Positions 47,675 through 57,879 of a stretch of DNA of 64,000 bases are shown piece by piece. The translations under genes and the position numbers were made by a program. Every line of letters starts with the position of its first letter. The first letter of the stretch is position 1. The notes under the pieces were generated by a model that did not search any database, was not told the origin of the DNA, and saw only the letters and a program-made list of their open reading frames with translations. This DNA comes from an uncultured Nitrososphaerales archaeon (GTDB lineage Archaea; Thermoproteota; Nitrososphaeria; Nitrososphaerales; Nitrososphaeraceae): contig CAVPXM010000026.1 in NCBI GenBank assembly GCA_963709405.1, forward strand, positions 1 to 64,000, read 5' to 3'.

Positions 47675-48009
47675 TAGTCAACACATTGTACAAGTACGTA
47701 TTTTCTATCTTTAGTTTTTTCCAGACTTATTGGTAGAAAATCACCACTCATTGCAGAATTAATATTATATTTGATCATGTAGTTCGGAGTAAAGTCCGGT
47801 TACCTAAGATTACGACATCTATCGAGCCAATCCCTAATAATATTGGATGCTTCATCAGCAGAACATTTTCTGACGTTAATAAGGTAAGGAGTTACGATAC
47901 GCCTTACAACAAATTTCTTATAATCAACTAAGGGAGTTTGCAATTGCTTCTCGATCCACCAGATCGTTGTTGAACCTGCAGTCCGAGAGCGCGCCGGTCT
48001 AGTGGACAC
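47675..48009 (-). pseudogene. PriX (primase non-catalytic subunit)-like domain remnant
   Basis: WIEKQLQTPLVDYKKFVVRRIVTPYLINVRK..IIRDWLDRC. Confidence 0.7.
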
Positions 48010-48476
48010 CTAATTATATTATTCTCATAACCTGTGGATAATAAGTTATTTCATCGATAGAAAAAAGTTTTCATGTAGAGAACAACTTATGTATCACATG
48101 AGACTAAATTAATTCCAATGCCCATTGCATATGTAAAAAATTCTAATATACAATATGAGCAATTTTATGGAGAAGAGAAGAATAAAGCGGGAAATAACGA
48201 AAATCTTAGATCAAAGCATGTTTTATTCATACATGGCATGGGGTCATCATCTGCTGCTTGGTGAGATATTCCTGAGGCGTTAACTAAAATAGTTACCTCT
48301 AAAAATGAGCACTTTCATACGATAAATTTATATTTAATTGGTTTTGGTAAAAGTGACAAGCCACTTACAGGTGGATATATAGCTGCAGAAGTTGCTATAA
48401 GGAATAAAGAACGAATAGAAAATCTTGTCTTGATAGATTCCTCAGGAACGCTGAGGCAACCAACACCTCTGTTAAG

Positions 48477-49652
48477 AGTTATGTAAACATGTAGATGCTT
48501 TCTCCATGTAAACTGTTTATACTAGTTTTGCCTCTATGTTTTTTATTATAATCACATGCCCAATCAGATACTGCTTTACCTATATCACGTTCATTTTGAA
48601 AGGTGGAATTGTTTATTGCTTGTCGTTGCATCCATAGCCATCTTACCTCTATCAGATTGAGCTCGGGTGATCTGGTGGGAAGAAATACAAGGTGTATCCT
48701 TGGATGATATTTGGATAATACTGCTTTCACCTTGTTTGATTTATGTATCGATACGTTATCAAGTATCAGAAATATCTGCTTGATACTATCGTCATACTTT
48801 TGGTCCATTCTTTTGATAAAATCTAAAAACTGTTTTCCGGTTTTCTTTTTGTAGCCATGCGTCCACATTTGATCATTGGTATAATCGTATATACCAAACA
48901 CGTTTAGAATTCCCTTTGTCTTTTGAGCTTTGGATACCTTAGACTGTGTAGAGGACCAAGATGTACCGCCATATGTTTTTGCTACTATCGGTCCTTTCTC
49001 ATCCTCGTAGAGCAGGACCGAGTCAGAAGACAGGTTACTGTATCTTAGTTCTTCAATTCTCTTTTTTTCAAATGATATTCAGGATCTAGGCTGTATCCCA
49101 GAGTAATCTTTGACTGCCTATATTTTATTCCGTGTTTTAGGAGGATATTTCTAACCTCGGTGTGGCTGATAGCATCTACAAGGCTCATCTCCTTGGAGAC
49201 AAATCCTGCTAGTACTCTTAATGACCATGTGGAAAATGGTAATCCATAATCTTTTCTTGAATTTTTGGTTGCTATCTCCACAATCTTATTCTCCATATCG
49301 TCAGATATTTTGAGTGGTTTATGCTTGTGTATTTTTGATGCTATTCCATCTATACCTTTTTCATTGAAACGATGAATCCATTTTCTTATGTTGCTATCAT
49401 GATGGTTAGTTGCCTTCCTTATTTCAGGAACTGTGTATCCATCATCCTTAAGAAGAATAATCTTTGCACGGTATCCAGATTCTCTATCCTCAAGTATGCT
49501 ATCATGTAACCTATTCTTTTCATTATTTGTAAGCAATCTGAGGAATGTATCCCTCATGCTGATAATTTAAAAGAGAGTAAGCTAAAGGTGTTATGGTATC
49601 TGAACGAGCACTGTTAGTTTACAGAAGAGCATTACATATTCTTTACATAACT
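48477..49652 (-). mobile_element. IS630-family insertion sequence, complete
   Basis: TIRs agttatgtaaa / tttacataact. Flanking direct repeat gttaag at 48471-48476 and 49653-49658. Confidence 0.9.
48479..49557 (-). CDS. tnp: IS630 transposase in two frames joined at an A7G slippery run near 49065
   Basis: HTH ORF ([18 protein letters not shown]), then [24 protein letters not shown]. Confidence 0.9.
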
Positions 49653-50600
49653 GTTAAGCCAGTATCTCAATGTAGCAATGGACCCAGAGCCTAATAGAGA
49701 CAAGGTGAAAGAGGTATTCAAGCAGATGTATGCAAATCCTCTATTATTGTCTGATATAGTGGTTGATGTCTTTATGACAACAATCAGGGAAGAAGGTGCT
49801 AAAAATGCTTTCAAAACTGCCTTTAATGACAGCACTACCCGACCGATCGGCTTCAAAAGGCTTGAGAAGCTTAAGCATATCCCTTGTTTATTGATTTGGG
49901 GAGATCAAGATAATGTAATACCTGAAAAAAATTCCAAAGATTTTAAGGACGCTCTGATTAATGCTAAGTATGAGATAGTCGAAAACGCTGGCCATGCCCC
50001 ATTTGTAGAAAAGACCTCTATAGTATATGAAAAACTACGTTCATTTCTAACTTGATAGATTTCAACCATAAGTTTGTCGCAGGTGGTCTTCTGATCTAGC
50101 TTTCCAGCATTGGTTAAAGCAAACTAAGCTTGAGCAATCAATTTAAGTGACGTTGCATTTTGTCAGAAAGCTCCTCCATTAGGGACCCAATTAGCATATC
50201 TCTCCGGACAATAATTTCTGTCGATTAATAGACATCATGCCATAAATGCTCACGTATATCTCAAACTACAAAATACTTGATCCTGCTACGAATTTGGTTC
50301 ATCATTACTAAAAAAGCGACTAAGGGATTGGGCGCGGTTCTCGACATCCAATTGTCTTGTAATTGTATCGCTAGTGATTTGAAGTTGGATAAGGATATAA
50401 TTGGGGGGCGTTATCCATAGAATTGGATATAGTATCATCAGAGGGCGAGTCTGAGATTAACCAGAAAATCAGGTTTGGTTAAGGCTCAAGCGATGATTAA
50501 CAGATGTTCAGGAAGAATAGTCATATTACTATCATCATCTTTTGGAACTTTTACGTTACCTTTTACATAGTGTTTATTGTCATGGGTTCTGGTGCCACGT

Positions 50601-51437
50601 CTAGGATTTCAAGAAGGACAACAGGTCGGCGTTGAGCTGATCCTGATGGGTTGCAGTGAGGCCGTGAGGTGCGCCAGGATAGTAGATTTCCTTCGCGCCC
50701 TTGATGAGCTTGGCCGATTTCTTAGCCGAATCCTTGACGGGAACGATTTGGTCGTCCTCACCATGCATGACCAAGGTTGGGACATCGAACTTCTTGAGGT
50801 CCTCGGTGAAATCAGTCTCAGAGAAGGCCTTGATGCTTTCGTAGGCGTTCTTGAGGCCAGCGTGCATGCTCCAGAGCCAGAACTGATCCAGGATTCCCTG
50901 GGAGACCTTGGCCCCCTGCCTATTAGCGCCGTAGAACGAGATGGCCAAGTCCTTGTAGAATTGCGAGCGATCCTTGGTTAGGCTCGAACGCAAGTCATCA
51001 AACACTTCCATCGGCAGGCCCTCCGGATTGGTGGCTGACTTCAGCATGATCGGCGGCACAGCCGCGATTAGGACAGCCTTGGCAACTCTCTTCATTCCAT
51101 AGCGACCGATATAGCGGGCGACTTCGCCGCCGCCGGTAGAGTGTCCCACTAGCGTGGCTTCCTTGAGATCAAGCGCCTCGATCACGGCTGCAAGATCGTC
51201 GGCATAGCCGTCCATGTCATTTCCCAAATAGGTCTGGCTCGACCTGCCATGGCCACGACGGTCGTGTGCAACCACGCGGAAGCCATTTTGGGCTAGGAAA
51301 AACATTTGGCCGTCCCAAGCGTCTGAGCTTAGGGGCCAGCCGTGCGAAAAGGTTACGACTGGACCTTTGCCCCAGTCCTTAAAGTAGATTTCTGTGCCGT
51401 CCTTGGTCGTGATCGTGCTTGAGTCTGATTTACTCAT
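50601..51437 (-). CDS. cpo: Non-heme chloroperoxidase / arylesterase (alpha/beta hydrolase)
   Basis: [42 protein letters not shown]. Confidence 0.92.
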   Translation of the reverse strand: MSKSDSSTITTKDGTEIYFKDWGKGPVVTFSHGWPLSSDAWDGQMFFLAQNGFRVVAHDRRGHGRSSQTYLGNDMDGYADDLAAVIEALDLKEATLVGHSTGGGEVARYIGRYGMKRVAKAVLIAAVPPIMLKSATNPEGLPMEVFDDLRSSLTKDRSQFYKDLAISFYGANRQGAKVSQGILDQFWLWSMHAGLKNAYESIKAFSETDFTEDLKKFDVPTLVMHGEDDQIVPVKDSAKKSAKLIKGAKEIYYPGAPHGLTATHQDQLNADLLSFLKS

Positions 51438-51619
51438 TGATAATCCAGTACAAATTAGAGTTTATAAGTATATAAAAGGAACAAAAGTACAGTTGCAATA
51501 CATTTTAGGCCCAGAAAAGAAACTTGTAGATAGTTGAAATAACGCTCATGTTCTTTATCTTCTTGTATTTCTTTTCTTCCACTATCAGTATTAGTCCATC
51601 TATTAAAATTTTCACCGTT

Positions 51620-52207
51620 CCGTTTGTGTCTCAATCTGATGCAGGTGAGGCAAAGATTTTTTCTCGTTTCATCAATAAAGATCGGGGAAGGTTTTCTAGT
51701 ATTATAAACAAGAGACCAATCGTGAGCAGACTGTTCTTTCCATCCAGACGAGCTTTCGGGTTTTATGACAATATGTGCAAGCTGATCCCTGCTGTGCGAA
51801 CAGCGCGTATTCAAGTCTTCATCGTACCTCATCACCGTTGGAGAGAAGGAGGCTATAAGGGATGGAAGCATATGAATCCATCACAAATCCGTTCAAACGA
51901 GTCCCAGAGTTTTGCTACTGGAACTTGGGGTGGAGAGTTTCATCCTGAATTTGGTCCTCGCGAGGGAGATGTAATCGTGCTCGAGCACTGGGCACAAAGC
52001 GGCTTTGCCAATACGGATCTTGATGCTCAACTCAAGCAGCGGGGGATCCAGAAAATAATCTTGGTCGTAATGATAGCGAACACCTGTATCGAAGCCACAG
52101 ATCGTCTTGGCATGGAGCTTGGCTACCATGTTAGTCTCATTAAGGATGCAACTGCTGCGCTCAATCATGAAGGCATGCATGCAATAGTTTTTTTATCTAC
52201 CGTATAG
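51620..52207 (+). pseudogene. Isochorismatase-family cysteine hydrolase, truncated
   Basis: GTWGGEFHP..SGFANTDLDAQLKQRGI..ANTCIEAT..ELGYHV..DATAA. Confidence 0.8.
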
Positions 52208-52370
52208 AAGTTGAATCGATGGTTTGAGGGGGCGCGATCCAAGGATTAGAATAGAATGACATATACAAGTTTACGTGTTGGTTTAGGCAGTGGCTATTGC
52301 TAAGGGCTTCATTTAGGAGTTGCAAAGTCATCAAACCTCAAAATAATTCTTGTCCTATAAACGCATTATT

Positions 52371-52560
52371 TGGCGCGCGCCCTAAGGCTGAGTTGCAAAT
52401 GAAGTGTTCTCATTAGGTCTATTTCTCATCAAGGTCTATATATCAAATCAATTGAGTCTATACAGATAATGTCTCATATCTAAAAATGTTTATAATCTGA
52501 TATGACGCATATCGTATTAGAAGACACTTTTTCTGATGGATTTATACTGGATTGATGAAG
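52371..52560 (+). repeat. Repeat family A copy
   Basis: ggcgcgcgcc..gagtctatacagataatgtctcat..tttataatctgatatgacgcatatcgtattagaagacac. Confidence 0.9.
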
Positions 52561-52675
52561 CATTCTATATGGTTCTGTTTGACTAGAATCAAGGGAAGCT
52601 TTCTAGTAATCTGATTCTATCTAATTTTCATTTTTATCTCCCTTAAACACGGGATAACCCTCCGTTCACCTAAGT

Positions 52676-52787
52676 TATCCGTAAAGGTTGCGGTCACTTA
52701 ATCTATTTCGACGAGAACCAACGTACTGAAAGCGGGAAATGGATTCCATTAAGTAACGACACAGGAGAGCCGCATCAATGTCAATAG
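52676..52787 (+). pseudogene. Zn-finger-like mini-domain, copy 1
   Basis: RKGCGHLIYFDENQRTESGKWIPLSNDTGEPHQCQ*. Confidence 0.55.
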
Positions 52788-52860
52788 ACAGGAAAGGAGA
52801 CTATGCTTTGTATACCCTTAAGCAAAACATATTAGTCGCATATTTTATGGGGTAATCTGT

Positions 52861-53160
52861 ATGAGCCAAAAAACCATGGCTATAATTTTAATATCTACAA
52901 TGATCACTATCAGTATAGCCACAATAACTAATAATTGTATTAATATTGCTTTAGCACAGCCTGGTTCAACTCTACCGGCAGAATCTGGCCGGCCTTCACC
53001 ACCAGCATATCCATCACAATCAACAGGACATCTATCATATCCATCATCATCGCTAATACCACATGCTAAACAGGCGACAAAAGTAAATCCAACGCCTGCT
53101 GGAAATATTACTGCTAGTGGTCCTTCACACTTCACTTCTTCCCCTATTCACAGTAAGTGA
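52861..53160 (+). CDS. Small exported Pro/Ser-rich protein
   Basis: Signal peptide and a low-complexity mature region. Confidence 0.55.
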   Translation: MSQKTMAIILISTMITISIATITNNCINIALAQPGSTLPAESGRPSPPAYPSQSTGHLSYPSSSLIPHAKQATKVNPTPAGNITASGPSHFTSSPIHSK

Positions 53161-53194
53161 ATAGCAGGAACAAAGGCGACAGAGTGAGAGACGT

Positions 53195-53323
53195 TATTAT
53201 AGCTGCCGTAAAGGCTGCGGCCAGTTAATTTATTTTGATGCAAATGACGAGAATGGACTTGCTGAAAGCGGCAAACGGATTCCATCGAGTAAAGACACGG
53301 GACAACCACATCAATGTCAATAA
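53195..53323 (+). pseudogene. Zn-finger-like mini-domain, copy 2
   Basis: SCRKGCGQLIYFD..ESGKRIPSSKDTGQPHQCQ*. Confidence 0.55.
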
Positions 53324-53393
53324 CAAGAAATAATACTGATCCTGAAGAACTTCGCAAGTTGGAAGGAGTGATATGAATGTGGACAAAGACATT

Positions 53394-53568
53394 GGGCGCT
53401 GATATCCAAACCAAAGTGGAAGAATTAGAGGAATTAAATCAATCACTAAGGCAGCGTGATAAAGTAAAGGATGATGCAATAGCACAATTATCAAATCAAC
53501 TTGTATCTTTATCAGCTAGATTACAAGAGCTTGAGAGAAAACAAAGCGTAAGCATACCAAGCCAGTAA
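53394..53568 (+). pseudogene. Tyrosine recombinase C-terminal coiled-coil tail remnant
   Basis: GADIQTKVEELEELNQSLRQRDKVKDDA is the same peptide encoded at about 40447-40530. Confidence 0.75.
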
Positions 53569-53915
53569 ATACTTGTTCAATTTTTAACTCTCAAGTTAAT
53601 GACATCCAGGAACCTAGAACTATTTTCTGTTACGCCATTTAGTACTATTGGCAGACAGAATGTCATAAGCTTGATGAGTAAATGTCCAAGTCTAAAAGTG
53701 CGCGCAGGCATAAGAATACAACGACCATAATAAAATATACTGCCTAGATTCTCAAAATTGCCTATTATCTGTTCAAGCTCTTGGTAAATACAAAATAAGG
53801 TTTACGATGCCACAGTATAACTATAGTGAGGTACTATCTACTCAGTCTTGAAACAGCATTAACTAATCTGAAAAATGGAGGCGGCAAGGTTCTCTTAGAG
53901 GAGATTGGACTCTAA

Positions 53916-54335
53916 ATGAATTATATTATATTCGCAGCTATGGCAGCGATCTTGGTCTTTACCACACTGACATCCAACACTTTCGCACACGTATCAGATC
54001 AACAACGCTATAATGATGGATATAATGCTGGCCAAAACTACGCGGCCTGCGATTATAACAATTGCTATCATAGTGATCATGGTTACGATACAGGCTGCCC
54101 AAATGATAAAGTACATACTAACGAATATTGTGATGGATACTCACTTGGTTATACTAGTAAATGGAATTCATTAGCAGGTGGAACATCGACACAGCAATCT
54201 CAATGCCAAGCGCAGGGTGGATCTAATGTACGTGTAGATGGCAGTCATAATAACATAATCATAACTCCTAGACAGACCCAAAAGCAGTCATCAAATAGTG
54301 AATCGAATTCTGAAAATGCTGACTACGGTAAGTGA
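53916..54335 (+). CDS. Secreted Cys/Tyr/Gly-rich protein
   Basis: Signal peptide, YNDGYNAG..C..HTNEYCDGY motif. Confidence 0.7.
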   Translation: MNYIIFAAMAAILVFTTLTSNTFAHVSDQQRYNDGYNAGQNYAACDYNNCYHSDHGYDTGCPNDKVHTNEYCDGYSLGYTSKWNSLAGGTSTQQSQCQAQGGSNVRVDGSHNNIIITPRQTQKQSSNSESNSENADYGK

Positions 54336-54403
54336 TCTGAGGAGGTGAATAGAAACAATTGAAAAAATTAGTAGTAACTAGCCTAGCATTAGCGATGATG
54401 ATG

Positions 54404-54700
54404 ATCGTGTAGGATGGACTGCGGCACAACTGCTTCATTATATGGAGAAATGAATAGGCTCATTTCTTATTCTCTTTTTATAGTATCTGCGGCATCTGGC
54501 GCGCCCCTGACTAACATATGGATAAAGTATTATCTGTCTAATGCTATGTATATCGAACCAAGTCAGTCTATACAGATAGTGTCTCATTTTAGAGAATGTT
54601 TATAATCTGATATGCCGCATATCGTAATAGAAGACACTTTTTCCGATAGAATTATTCTGGATCTGATGGAATATCCGATATTGCCCGATATATCTTAAAA
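54404..54700 (+). repeat. Repeat family A copy with a 5' extension
   Basis: Contains gatatgccgcatatc at 54609-54623 and aligns with 45868-46160. Confidence 0.9.
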
Positions 54701-54701
54701 T

Positions 54702-55001
54702 CTACCTATTCGCTAACTCTGCTAATGTATCGCCATGACACGGCAGAGGTGCACACCAACAACCTAGGACTTTGCCTTTTAACTCTGGAAGCTGGTTCAT
54801 TAATTCGTTGTTTTCTGGGGATAGTAACCATGTCCTATGCTTGGCTATAACTTGTTCTCTAGTACCGTCTTTACCGACTACGAAGGGATTACCCCATCTT
54901 CCATCGCTGCCGCAAATATCTCGACGTATAGCCAGCGAAGGCCGGCCAATATACACATCATAAGGCCATTTCTTGCAATGGACTACGAACTTGCTGGTCA
55001 T
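54702..55001 (-). CDS. DUF4326-family protein
   Basis: VYIGRPS..WGNPF..LKGKVLGCWCAPLPCHGD. Confidence 0.88.
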   Translation of the reverse strand: MTSKFVVHCKKWPYDVYIGRPSLAIRRDICGSDGRWGNPFVVGKDGTREQVIAKHRTWLLSPENNELMNQLPELKGKVLGCWCAPLPCHGDTLAELANR

Positions 55002-55413
55002 TTCTCATTCGTTGCCTTATCTTATAATTTATTCAGTCTCATATGCTTGTATACAGAATCAAGAATATGAATTAGAACAAAAGCAAAAACCATATAGTCA
55101 TAGTACGAAAATTTAACAAACGGCTAAGGGAGTTAGGCTTAGCGTACATGTGTACTCGGATAGTGTCGAGCATACACACCAGCAACTGCTAGAGCTGTAC
55201 GCAGGTATTGAGACAGACTTACGCAGTCATGGAATTGCAATAGCTCCTATGTCAGCGGCAAACGGAGCAATGAGGGAATAGGCGATGGACCTGTTATTAA
55301 CCAAATGTAATCAAGGAATTAATAAGTGGAGTGCCGCACTTAGTTTAAGAAAAATATCCACCGTAAAGTAAAGCATAAATCTACTGGTGACCTGAAATCT
55401 CATTAACATATAC

Positions 55414-55998
55414 TTGTCTTCTGAGTTTGTAATTAAGAAAGGGCCGAAACAATGGGAGGCCAAAATATTCTCAGGAAAAGAGGAAATCGCTGAAATAAAG
55501 AAAGGAGAAGGCCTTAGTTTTAAACTCGTAAGACCCAAGGACAAGATCGAATGGGTGCTTGCTAATTTGGTGCATGGTGAGCACCGTCCTTTCTCTTTCT
55601 CAGTGCGCAAGGCTGGAAAAAAAAGCACCAGCCCGTATACTGACAGCAACGACTTGGGAGATGAAATATTTGTTGTCCGTGACCAGTTGTTCAAGCATAA
55701 TGGCAAATTTTACATGCTCGCAAGTCATCCAGAGGATAAGTCTTGGAATGAATATGTTAATAGTTCAATCAGGTACATCTGTAGGCTAGATGACTTTCCT
55801 TACTCAGAGCTTTCAGAAGTCGACTACCATCATTACACTTTACGGGACAAGATAAAGAGATTTCGCGGTAAAGCCGTTGGTGAAGCTTCAGGTTTGGGAA
55901 TAGAAGAGCGAGGTCACCGTGTAAGGCTAGATAGCGAATTAGAGGACGTAGGGTTATTCATCGCTGCAATTTCATATTTGCTTTATGCCTCGGGCTGA
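55414..55998 (+). CDS. Hypothetical protein
   Basis: 194-aa ORF directly upstream of the oxidoreductase. Confidence 0.65.
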   Translation: MSSEFVIKKGPKQWEAKIFSGKEEIAEIKKGEGLSFKLVRPKDKIEWVLANLVHGEHRPFSFSVRKAGKKSTSPYTDSNDLGDEIFVVRDQLFKHNGKFYMLASHPEDKSWNEYVNSSIRYICRLDDFPYSELSEVDYHHYTLRDKIKRFRGKAVGEASGLGIEERGHRVRLDSELEDVGLFIAAISYLLYASG

Positions 55999-56075
55999 TA
56001 AATAGAAGTAGTTTCACGAGATATTTTTCGGCATGATGTAACTTTAATAAATCAGGCGGTCCACATTCATTTTAA

Positions 56076-57565
56076 ATGGTTGACCCAAACCGCGTTGGTG
56101 GATTTCCTTTTCGTAAAGCAGACGCAGAACAACGGAAGATCGATTTTTCAGAGGTTCAACAACCCTACTCTGAGGAAGAGGTTATGCAAGAAGCCGAGCG
56201 TTGTCTTTTATGTGGAACTCCTGTTTGTATAGATGCTTGCCCAGTTCTTTTGGATGTTCGAGGTATGAACGAGGCTGCGGCCAGAGGAGACTTCAAAACA
56301 TCCTATGAGCGGATCAGAGAAACAAACCCCTTGCTGGGTGTGACTGCCAGATGCTGTCCTCAGCTGCAAGGATTATGTGAAGATGCTTGCGTTTTGAAGT
56401 GGTCAGGACAGCCAATCGGGATCGGTCTCATTCAAAGATATATTGCAGACTGGGAAAGAAAAAATCGACAACCACCTGTATCCATCGAACAAGATACGGG
56501 AAAAAAGGTGGCAGTTGTCGGCGCTGGGCCCGCTGGCCTTGCAGGTTCTGCTCTTCTCAGAAGATATGGTCATCAGGTAACAATATACGAAGCATCTATT
56601 ATGCCAGGCGGGACCGCATGGTATGGGGTTCCAGATTATCATCTGCCTAAAGAAGTTTTAATTGATGAAATCGAAAAAATTAAAGCGATGGGGGTCAACA
56701 TAAGAACCAACACTACTGTAGGAAAAGATGTAACACTCTCTCAACTTCTAGAGGAAAATGATGCAGTCCTAATTACTACAGGCTCGAAAGACACTGCGAA
56801 CCTAGAGATCCCCGGAGTTAATCTTAAAGGAGTTCTGAGCGGATACCAGTTTCTTGAAAGTGTTTTCTTGGAAGGACTGGAAAGTTACTTGAGTAATCCA
56901 AAGTATAGTCTGGGTAACGATATTATTGTAATAGGCGGTGGAGACACATCTCTTGATTGCGCGAGGACTGCGTTAAGGCTTACAAAAGGGAAAGGCAACG
57001 TTACCGTATTATGCTTGCAGCCTGAAACCGGATTACATGTTGACCCAATAATGCTTGAAGAAGCAAAGGAAGAGGGAGTGAAGTTCAGGTTCCTTGGGCA
57101 GGCAAAGTCTTTTGAAGGTGACAGTAACGGACATGTCGTAGCGACAATAATTGACAGTGTACACATGAGTGCTCCTGATCAGTCAGGAAAGAGGCATCCA
57201 GAGGTTATACCAAATAAAGAATTCAAGATGCCAAGTTCTACAGGTACTTATAGCTATTGGTAGAGGTCCAAATTCCTTTCTCCAAAAGAAGGCCGGAATC
57301 AAGACTCGGCAAGCGTAATTCGATTGCAATTGCTGATGACTACAGAACATCTATGAATGGGGTCTTTGCTGCAGGAGACGTAACTAGTGGCGAAACTCTA
57401 ATTGTAAAGGCAATGGAAAAGGGACGTGAGGGCGCTCAAAGAGTTCACGAATATCTAATGGATTTGGAAGCCGACCACATGTCGTTTTACGAAAAATATT
57501 ACACAAAAATCTCATATGATAGGATGTTGGAAGGCAAAAATGATGTTAGCTCACCTCCTGATTAA
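56076..57565 (+). CDS. GltD/SudA-like FAD/NAD(P) iron-sulfur oxidoreductase, frameshift near 57240
   Basis: RCLLC..CIDACP, GAGPAG, GGGDT..D, VFAAGD motifs. Confidence 0.9.
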
Positions 57566-57731
57566 AGAATCAAAGTGTATTTCTGTTCTTCTTGCAGTAC
57601 ACGGTCCACTAGGCATAGGCGTCACAAGTGAATCAGTTGTCCTAACGGACTTGGTGTAATAAGCAATGTTAGAACACCTAATAAGATGCTAAATACAATA
57701 TTGCATTTCCTATGATTAAGGGTCATGCTAT

Positions 57732-57840
57732 GGATACCCGGGTTATTTTCAACTCTAGAGAAGAATTTGAGGAATATGTAGGACGATATATTAACCGAAA
57801 GTTATAATAGAATCCAAAACTATCCCGGGTATCCCGGATG
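57732..57840. repeat. Repeat family B complete unit with inverted ends
   Basis: ggatacccgggttattttc ... aaaactatcccgggtatcc. Confidence 0.85.
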
Positions 57841-57879
57841 CAATATTAGGACGATATCTGTATAATCAACTGCTGCTAG

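Larger units (their letters stand above)
48110..50055 (+). pseudogene. Alpha/beta hydrolase disrupted by IS630
   Basis: [25 protein letters not shown] before the insertion. LIWGDQD..AGHAPFVE after it. Also has an internal stop and lacks the nucleophile region. Confidence 0.8.

Noticed and set aside
50577-50981. 134-aa plus-strand ORF
   Set aside because: Antisense shadow of the GC-rich cpo gene.
15248-54605. Short ORFs 15248, 29988, 41591, 45878 and 54414 overlapping repeat A (several with SH.R.C-like peptides) as a protein family
   Set aside because: They are translations of repeat A. Starts, stops and frames are not conserved among copies.
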